Below are positions 6,956 to 13,115 of a stretch of DNA of 13,115 nt, in pieces. The number at the start of each line of letters is the position of its first letter. The first letter of the stretch is position 1. Location: the UHGV virus genome UHGV-0040766; one strand, written 5' to 3'. Below the pieces are notes generated by a model. That model made no database searches and was not told the DNA's origin. It was given only the letters and a program-made list of their open reading frames with translations. The position numbers and the translations under genes are program-made. The stretch is from a virus.

Positions 6956-7600
6956 TTAAAACGTCTCTGAGGGCTTCTGACGCGCTCTGCTAATGTCTAT
7001 TACCCCAGCTTTTGGACGAGGGTCTACAAGATTCAACTCTTCAGCACTGTGATACTCCGTGTCGAACTCCCGATCGACATGGCGAATGTAAATGGCTGTC
7101 AGAAGGCTGTTATCATTCAGAAAGTGTCCGTAAGATTTGCGAATTACTTCGCCAACCTTCTCAATCTTCTCTCCGCCCATGCAGAGATGGTTAAATCGGC
7201 TGTGTTTCCGCAGCATTTCATCCACCGGGCCTGAGTAGACCTTATCAACTCTCCCGAACCGGATGATATTTCCGGTATCAGCTTCAACCAGACAAACGAG
7301 TTTGCCAGGTTCGACACGATCTCGCCAAGTGACACCAGAGCGCAGTGTGTTGAAGTAGGGAGCATCCAATCCGATGATCGGTTTACGAAATGCTAGTAGT
7401 GGCACGTAACGTATGCAGCTGTTTAGGTGGAAATGCGCACCGGCGTCGTGGAGTTTAAGCCGGGTTTCGTTAATCGGGCATTTCGAAGCAATGCCGCAAA
7501 GGTCGCAGAGCAACTTCTGTTTGTTCAGACTAGTGTTTGATTCAATGGTGTAGGAGCCATCTTCAAGACGGCGAACCCAGCGCGTGCGTTTAAGATCCAT
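6956..7600 (-). CDS. hypothetical protein (214 aa) with an N-terminal Cys/His cluster
   Basis: ORF track; CDLCGIASKCPINE...HDAGAHFH...C cluster; no family recognised. Confidence 0.55.
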   Translation of the reverse strand: MDLKRTRWVRRLEDGSYTIESNTSLNKQKLLCDLCGIASKCPINETRLKLHDAGAHFHLNSCIRYVPLLAFRKPIIGLDAPYFNTLRSGVTWRDRVEPGKLVCLVEADTGNIIRFGRVDKVYSGPVDEMLRKHSRFNHLCMGGEKIEKVGEVIRKSYGHFLNDNSLLTAIYIRHVDREFDTEYHSAEELNLVDPRPKAGVIDISRARQKPSETF

Positions 7601-7676
7601 AATTCTTGTTCAAATAATTTTGTCCGGGGCAACGATAACGGATAAGGCGCACCGGAGTTTGCAAATGCCTGTTTAC

Positions 7677-7901
7677 TTATTCACTTTATTCACAGGCCCG
7701 ATCCAATATTTAGATCCCCAGAGAGATCCTACAGAAGATCAAAAGAGATCCCCGATCGTCTCCAGCGCTTGCGGTTACTGGCTTGAGAAGGGGTTACTAT
7801 CCACTATAGGGAGCAAAATAACCACTGTAGAGAGCATAATAACCGCTATGAAGAGCAAAACAACCTCTCTGGAGAGTAGTCGGTATCCACTGTAGTGAGT
7901 A
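7677..7901 (+). other. replication origin module 1 (P1 oriR / RepFIB type): two tandem DnaA boxes, six GATC sites, five iterons
   Basis: TTATTCACT at 7677-7685 and TTATTCACA at 7686-7694; GATC at 7700, 7713, 7725, 7737, 7747, 7754; five roughly 21-bp-spaced iterons 7797-7901 (e.g. ATAACCACTGTAGAGAGCA). Confidence 0.7.
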
Positions 7902-8060
7902 GGAGACAATGTTTTAACTGGATAACTCCGAGCCTGTTTTTCTGCGGCAGATGGCTGATATTCTTGGAAATATTGTAAATTTTGCGTTGCGGCGTGTTTA
8001 TTTCGATCACACATTATCCCCAGAAGGGGAGTGATGCCTGATTTTGTAATTATCTGATTT

Positions 8061-8305
8061 TTATACACAGGCCCGATCCAGTAATTCAGATCCCTGTTAG
8101 AACCAAAGAGAACCACAAAGACCCAAAGAGATCCCCGGCCCTTGCAAACCGTTGTGCCACATGGCTTTAGAGGTTATCGATATCCACTATAGTGAGAAGA
8201 ACAACCACTATAGAGAGTAAATCAACCACTATGGAGAGTAGAAAAACCGCTGTAGGCGGTAGGATAACCACTGTGATGGGTGCTACTATCCACTGTAATC
8301 AGTAA
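8061..8305 (+). other. replication origin/control module 2, immediately upstream of repA: one DnaA box, three GATC sites, six iterons
   Basis: TTATACACA at 8061-8069; GATC at 8075, 8089, 8130, with AGAACC/AGACCC variants where module 1 has AGATCC; six iterons 8180-8304. Confidence 0.7.
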
Positions 8306-8342
8306 AGGCACCCAAGCCGTCGAATAAAAAGAGACATTTGGA

Positions 8343-9398
8343 ATGAGCGTAAACGACAATAAAAACATTGCGATAAGCGAAGCATTTTCCGAAACAGACA
8401 AAAAGACCGGCGAAGTTGTTACGTTAGTTCCTAACACCAACAACACAGTTCAGCCTGTTGCTCTGATGCGTCTTGGTCTCTTCGTTCCGACGCTGAAATC
8501 GACATCCAGGGGTAGAAAGGGGCAAATGGTCTCTATGGACGCCTCCGCTGAACTCAAACAGCTGTCTCTGGCCAAAGCCGAAGGGTACGAGGATATAAGG
8601 ATTGCTGGTCTTCGTCTTGATATGGATAACGATTTCAAAACATGGGTGGGCATCATCCACGCGTTCGCCAAGCACAAGGTTGTTGGTGACACCGTCACGT
8701 TGCCGTTCGTCGAGTTCGTCAGACTTTGTGGCATACCAACAGCCAGATCGTCCGCGAAGTTACGTAAGCGCCTGGACAGCTCTCTAAGTCGTATCGCCAC
8801 AAACACCATCTCATTCCGCAGCAAAGGCTCTGAAGAGTATTACGTTACGCACCTTGTGCAGACGGCAAAGTACAGTACCAAGAATGACACGGTCGAACTG
8901 AAGGCCGATCCTAAGATTTTCGAACTTTACCAGTTCGACAAAAAGGTGCTTTTGCAACTTCGGGCCATCAACGAACTCTCCAGAAAGGAATCCGCGCAGG
9001 CGCTCTACACCTTCATTGAAAGTTTGCCACCAGACCCGGCGCCAATCTCATTGGCTCGCTTACGCGCCAGACTTAACTTAACCAGCCGCACCATTACCCA
9101 GAATGCGACAGTCAGGAAGGCGATGGAGCAGCTGCGAGAGATCGGCTATCTCGATTACACTGAAGTGAAACGCGGCAGCTCGGTCTACTTCGTCATCCAC
9201 TATAGACGGCCGAAGTTACGTTCGGCACTGCCGCCATCTATGGCTACGCCTGAAGAGCCAGAAGATATCTTGCCAGGTGATGATCCGGAGGACATTATCG
9301 ATGTTGCCCCTGAAGAAAAAGACGGGGAAATGGTCATGTTGAGCAAGGAAGAACTGGCGATTCTCGAAGAGCTGCGCAAGGCAAAGGCTCGCAAATAG
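8343..9398 (+). CDS. repA: iteron-binding replication initiator, RepFIB / P1 RepA family (351 aa)
   Basis: translation closely matches my recollection of F-plasmid RepFIB initiator (e.g. [69 protein letters not shown]); flanked by iteron arrays. Confidence 0.9.
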   Translation: MSVNDNKNIAISEAFSETDKKTGEVVTLVPNTNNTVQPVALMRLGLFVPTLKSTSRGRKGQMVSMDASAELKQLSLAKAEGYEDIRIAGLRLDMDNDFKTWVGIIHAFAKHKVVGDTVTLPFVEFVRLCGIPTARSSAKLRKRLDSSLSRIATNTISFRSKGSEEYYVTHLVQTAKYSTKNDTVELKADPKIFELYQFDKKVLLQLRAINELSRKESAQALYTFIESLPPDPAPISLARLRARLNLTSRTITQNATVRKAMEQLREIGYLDYTEVKRGSSVYFVIHYRRPKLRSALPPSMATPEEPEDILPGDDPEDIIDVAPEEKDGEMVMLSKEELAILEELRKAKARK

Positions 9399-9400
9399 CC

Positions 9401-10003
9401 CAACCACTGTAGAGAGTAAAAAGGCTCACTATCTACTGTAGTGAGCCTTTTTGTTTATCGGAAATGCAATATCCACTGTAGTGAGTAAAAGAAACCGAAG
9501 AATAACCACTGTAGGCAGTGCGCACAAATCGCGAAGTAAATGTTAGTGGTTGCAAACATAGATAAAACAAGGGCTGAGAGGTTAGCGGTCACTGGGTATC
9601 TCTGTTAAGTCTACTCTCTACAGCGGTTATCGTCGCTCTCCTCATTGTTGACTATCCACTGTGAAGAGCAGAATTGGCTGACTTGACCTCTATCCACTGT
9701 AGTGAGTGGATATCCGTTTAAAACAGCGAAGATTTACTCTCCATAGTGGATATCCGCTGGAGGGGGCATTCCATCACTCTCTATAGTGGTTGTTTGTAGT
9801 CAGTGAACGCCTGTTTACTCACTACAGTGTATAGCGACCCCGATAATCACCAATTTACTCACTACAGTGGATAGTTGATATCGTGGCAGAGGGTTTGCTC
9901 ACTACAGTGGTTGGGGTGCATACCTGAAGGGTGTTCTACTCGCTACAGTGGTTATGAGCCGGATTCACACGCGGTGAGCTGGCTACTCACCGCAGTGGAT
10001 AGT
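9401..10003. repeat. downstream iteron array (incA-like copy-control locus): about 14 iterons, the first five or six forward, the rest inverted
   Basis: forward units at 9401, 9431, 9469, 9502, 9651, 9690; inverted units (TACTC(A/T)CTACAGTGG-like) at 9612, 9736, 9775, 9816, 9856, 9897, 9936, 9984. Confidence 0.8.
9419..9458 (+). terminator. rho-independent-type terminator of repA, built on an iteron-like sequence
   Basis: 10-bp perfect stem AAAGGCTCAC / GTGAGCCTTT (9420-9429, 9441-9450), followed by TTTTGTTT, beginning 21 nt after the repA stop. Confidence 0.55.
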
Positions 10004-10007
10004 GTTA

Positions 10008-10223
10008 TCAGTGGATTTTCTTCAGCAGACCCCAGAGTGTCCCGGCCTTCGTTGCGAGCTTACCTGTTTCCGGATCGTACATGTGCCATTCACGTCGCTG
10101 GTGGACAATATACCCATCTTCACGTTCCAGTCGTTCCAGTACGCCGGACTGCTTGAACCCTTTGGCACGCCAGTAGCCGCTTGTTTTTTCGATTTCCAGA
10201 CCTGTCAGTGTAACCGCCATCAA
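10008..10223 (-). CDS. hypothetical protein (71 aa), last gene of a three-gene cluster
   Basis: ORF track; start overlaps upstream reading frame by 4 nt (ATGA); stop is 4 nt from the last iteron. Confidence 0.55.
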   Translation of the reverse strand: MMAVTLTGLEIEKTSGYWRAKGFKQSGVLERLEREDGYIVHQRREWHMYDPETGKLATKAGTLWGLLKKIH

Positions 10224-10554
10224 CTAATCTCCTTGCAGTCATCGAAAAGGTAGCTGTCGTTCTTCGCGTGAACGCCGTATACATCACCCGATTTGTTGTA
10301 AACGAATCTATCTTTACCTACGCCAGATAGTTCGCCGTTACGTTTAGTGAGAAACGGGGAAGACAGGACGCGATCATCGCGTACCACATAAAACTGTTCG
10401 CCACGGTCCACAACCATCGCGCCGTAATTAGCTTTAACGACGTTGCGGATCAGGCCGTTTTTCGCTTCGACCACAAACATTTCGCACTCATAGACATGTG
10501 TGTCCGCAAAGACGGGGAGAGTGAGCAGCGCCAGTACCAGGCTGTTTTCTTCAT
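10220..10554 (-). pseudogene. secreted hypothetical protein with a 1-nt frameshift in the signal-peptide codons
   Basis: ATG at 10552-10554 reads MKKTAWYWRCSLSP and stops after 33 codons; adding one base in the A4 run (plus 10545-10548) gives MKKNSLVLALLTLPVFA-DTHVYECEMFVVEAKNG..., in frame with track ORF 10220..10480. Confidence 0.5.
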
Positions 10555-10730
10555 GCCACGACTCCTTTGAAAACGCCTAATGCTGAGTCGAAGACCAGTA
10601 CTACGGCCAGCGCATTGATCATCACATCATTAACAGGCGCCAGCGCTTTACGGATTGCCCCTGTGAAGATGCAGTCGAGCACAAAGGCTATCGAGATAAT
10701 AAGTAACGTGATATCTAATAAAATTTTCAT
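10551..10730 (-). CDS. small hydrophobic membrane protein (59 aa), below the ORF-track size cutoff
   Basis: own translation: MKILLDITLLIISIAFVLDCIFTGAIRKALAPVNDVMINALAVVLVFDSALGVFKGVVA; stop TGA overlaps the ATG of the next gene; TTGAGT-17-TATATA promoter-like sequence upstream; weak RBS. Confidence 0.5.
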   Translation of the reverse strand: MKILLDITLLIISIAFVLDCIFTGAIRKALAPVNDVMINALAVVLVFDSALGVFKGVVA

Positions 10731-10769
10731 GATAGGTAAATGCTAACTTATATATTTTTGCTGTAAATA

Positions 10770-11045
10770 TCACTCAAAAGTGCTGATACCCAAAATGAGC
10801 TCAAGATGGGCCGCGTCTTCATCGCTTACCAGCATTGTGTCGTCGACGTACCAGCAGCTACCGTTGTGCCAACAAACACCGTCATCATCGATATAAATAG
10901 AATCCGCATCCATTCCTGTGTATTCAACTAGATTGCGTTCAATTGCCGCTTGAATTTCTTCATCGTTCAGCCCGTCGCACTTGATCATGAACAACGGGTA
11001 AACGTCATAGTCGGTACTAGATGAAATGCGAACCAAAGTCTTCAT
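10770..11045 (-). CDS. hypothetical acidic protein (91 aa)
   Basis: ORF track 10770..11108 trimmed to ATG at 11043-11045 (MKTLVRISSS...) with AAGGAGAAAG 6 nt upstream. Confidence 0.55.
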   Translation of the reverse strand: MKTLVRISSSTDYDVYPLFMIKCDGLNDEEIQAAIERNLVEYTGMDADSIYIDDDGVCWHNGSCWYVDDTMLVSDEDAAHLELILGISTFE

Positions 11046-11225
11046 GTGCTTTCTCCTTGTTGGTAAGTACTTATCTATCTTAATGGGCGCTATAAGGCGC
11101 ACAATCATTGTGTTCAGGCTGGTGGAAAGAACTTCTCCAGCGTGTGGTTGATAGCCTTATCAATGTGCATCAGGTGCCAGACGACCATATCTTTGCTTCC
11201 AATGCCGCGAGTGTAGATGAAGTGG

Positions 11226-11534
<309 letters not shown>

Positions 11535-11539
11535 CTAAG

Positions 11540-11545
11540 AGTCAA
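11540..11545 (-). promoter_or_regulatory. -35 hexamer TTGACT at the right end of the IS110-family element (half of a circle-junction promoter)
   Basis: TTGACT lies 14 nt from the element end; joined to the left end this gives TTGACT, 17-bp spacer, AATAAT. Confidence 0.45.
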
Positions 11546-12618
11546 GCTGTTATCGGGATACTGTTGATCCGCCTGTTTTGATTGCGCAGTAACGTGTAAA
11601 CTTCGCGGGAGATATATCGCTTTAGACAGCGTATCGCTTCCATTTTTGTATGTCCTTCGGCTACACGCCTGGCGACATATTCCTTTGTTTTTGCGTCAGT
11701 TCGTAAGCGTCCGATGGCGATGATGTGAAGTGCACTATTTGCAGCACGATCTCCACCACGATTAAGTCGGTAACGGTTCGTTTTTCCAGAAGAAACGGGG
11801 ACCGGGCTGACACCACACAGTGCCGCAAATCCTGATTCTGATCTTAACCGTTGAGGATTGTCTCCGGCAGTGATCAGCAACTGTGAAGCGCTTTCGTATC
11901 CGATAGCATTACGTTTAATCAGCTCAGGTGCCAACTCGTCGACAATTGCCGCAATCATGACATCCAGATCAGCGATTTCGTCATGTAACTCGAGATAGCG
12001 TCGGGCAAGGGACTTTAATGAAATGCGATAAACGTTGGTTACATTGCGGTATTCACTGGCATCAGGTCTCCAGGAACCCAGGGTCCTGATGAGCTGCATG
12101 CGCGTCATATTTCTGAGCTGTTCACGTAATTCATCCGGGGCAGAGATAATATTTGAATGGATAATCTGGAGAGCGACTCTGCGGGCTGATATTGCTGTTT
12201 TTCGGCAAGTTTTTAATACCCGCAGGGACTCAATCATGCCATCACGCGTTTTGGGAGTAACTGTCCTGATGCCTGAGAATGCTGCATGAGCGGCACATTC
12301 AGCATCAATTGTGTCACTTTTACCCCGTTTGCGTCGCTCCATCCGGTCTGGAGCAGTCACCTCAAGAACCTCTAACCCGGCGTTCTGAAAATAACGAAGC
12401 AAACCGGAACCATAGGTACCTGTGCACTCAACACCAATTCGCTTTAATGTCCCAAACGAGGTCATCCATGCCAGCATCTGCCGGTAACCTTGTCGTGTTG
12501 TGGAGAAATACTGAGTCCCAAGGACTTTATTGTTCTGATCTACGACAGCGGCAACGTGCAAATCTTTATGTGTATCCACGCCACCCACAACGGCAGCTTT
12601 GGTAACTTTATCAACCAT
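11542..12618 (-). CDS. IS110-family DEDD transposase / recombinase (358 aa)
   Basis: N-terminal VGGVDTHKDLHV, ECTGTYGSG and TDTIDAECAAHAA motifs (DEDD/RuvC-like) plus C-terminal FAALCGVSPVPVSSGK segment; AGGAG 8 nt upstream of ATG at 12616-12618. Confidence 0.9.
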   Translation of the reverse strand: MVDKVTKAAVVGGVDTHKDLHVAAVVDQNNKVLGTQYFSTTRQGYRQMLAWMTSFGTLKRIGVECTGTYGSGLLRYFQNAGLEVLEVTAPDRMERRKRGKSDTIDAECAAHAAFSGIRTVTPKTRDGMIESLRVLKTCRKTAISARRVALQIIHSNIISAPDELREQLRNMTRMQLIRTLGSWRPDASEYRNVTNVYRISLKSLARRYLELHDEIADLDVMIAAIVDELAPELIKRNAIGYESASQLLITAGDNPQRLRSESGFAALCGVSPVPVSSGKTNRYRLNRGGDRAANSALHIIAIGRLRTDAKTKEYVARRVAEGHTKMEAIRCLKRYISREVYTLLRNQNRRINSIPITA

Positions 12619-12890
12619 GACAGAGCTCCTGTGAGGAAACAGAGTTGAATCTCCAGACAGATAACCCGGACAGGACAGTAACGAGACAAGCCGTCAGGCC
12701 CTTCTTGAGTCACGCGCATCGGTGAGGAGATGCCTCGCATGAAGGCGCTTCCGGCAACCGACGGGTCCAGGGCAGGACACAAAAGGTCGATCGCTGTGTG
12801 AGTCAGGATGCGGGAAGGTCTTCACTGCATCAGTAATCACACCAATCTGGTTAAACGGCAAACTAAGTGGTGGTAAAGACTGACATCGGC
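12619..12890 (-). ncRNA. candidate bridge RNA (guide ncRNA) encoded in the 5' non-coding arm of the IS110-family element; exact ends unknown
   Basis: arm contains CACAGCGATC (identical to reconstructed target across the crossover) and CTGCCCTG (reverse complement of right target flank) 13 nt apart; also AGAAGGGC matching the element's right end; no plausible ORF. Confidence 0.5.
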
Positions 12891-12896
12891 ATTATT
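12891..12896 (-). promoter_or_regulatory. -10 hexamer AATAAT at the left end of the IS110-family element (other half of the circle-junction promoter)
   Basis: element begins AGTAATAATGCC on the minus strand; in the integrated state no good -35 lies upstream. Confidence 0.45.
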
Positions 12897-12899
12897 ACT

Positions 12900-13097
12900 A
12901 TCGCTGTGGAACATCACCCCGCCGGGCTTACCACGGGTTTCCCATGCCATTTCCAGCGATTTCATGGTGAGCCTGCTGTCCGGCGAGAACGACATGGCCC
13001 AGCCCACTGGTTTTCTTGCGAACAGGTCGAGAACAACGGCGAGGTACGCCCAGCGCTTACCCGTCCAGAGTAGAGTAAGAGGCAGGGCGTAGTCGGA
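12900..13097 (-). pseudogene. IS3-family orfB, internal fragment proximal to the nested insertion, with an in-frame stop upstream
   Basis: minus-strand SDYALPLTLLWTGKRWAYLAVVLDLFARKPVGWAMSFSPDSRLTMKSLEMAWETRGKPGGVMFHSD; in-frame TAG at 13098-13100. Confidence 0.7.
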
Positions 13098-13115
13098 CTA
13101 TTTCCCTGCCTCTCC

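Noticed and set aside
7775-8116. Minus-strand ORF of 113 aa and plus ORF 7584-7895
   Set aside because: Span the DnaA-box, GATC and iteron modules of the origin; open frames here are a by-product of repeat structure.
9401-10003. Possibility that the repeat array is a CRISPR array
   Set aside because: Repeats are degenerate, occur in both orientations with irregular spacers of about 2-20 bp, and match the iterons upstream of repA; no cas genes. Iterons explain them.
9875-10253. Plus-strand ORFs (93 and 83 aa) across the iteron array and downstream genes
   Set aside because: Antisense to better-supported minus-strand genes and iterons; no RBS.
12540-12782. Minus-strand ORF of 80 aa overlapping the IS110 recombinase start and its 5' arm
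   Set aside because: Out of frame with the recombinase, no RBS, and the region is better explained as the structured guide-RNA arm.
12867-13073. Plus-strand ORF of 68 aa
   Set aside because: Antisense to the IS3-family orfB fragment and the IS110 left end; no independent support.

Overview
Enterobacterial plasmid-type replicon and accessory window, bounded by insertion sequences. All calls are from reading the sequence and the ORF track; no database search was run. (1) 1-157: end of an IS26-like (IS6 family) element that has truncated a small gene. (2) 160-4600: small, mostly acidic hypothetical-protein genes on both strands, each next to a recurring 13-bp palindrome AAACA-N3-TGTTT (7 copies), split by a ~1.3-kb non-coding, repeat-rich, strand-skewed tract (1140-2480). 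(3) 4.6-7.6 kb, minus strand: DUF1311/LprI-like periplasmic protein, calcineurin-type metallophosphoesterase and hypothetical proteins. (4) 7.68-10.0 kb: complete RepFIB/P1-RepA-type iteron replicon, with two upstream DnaA-box/GATC/iteron modules, repA, an iteron-like terminator and a downstream iteron array in both orientations; no partition genes are seen. (5) 10.0-11.05 kb: four small minus-strand genes, including a translationally coupled three-gene cluster whose middle gene has a frameshift in its signal-peptide codons. (6) 11.2 kb to the window end: an IS3-family element whose orfB is split by a nested 1374-bp IS110-family element. That element carries a DEDD recombinase and a 281-bp 5' non-coding arm containing guide-like segments that match its own insertion site and ends, plus promoter halves that would join across a circle junction. 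This is the most interesting feature in the window.
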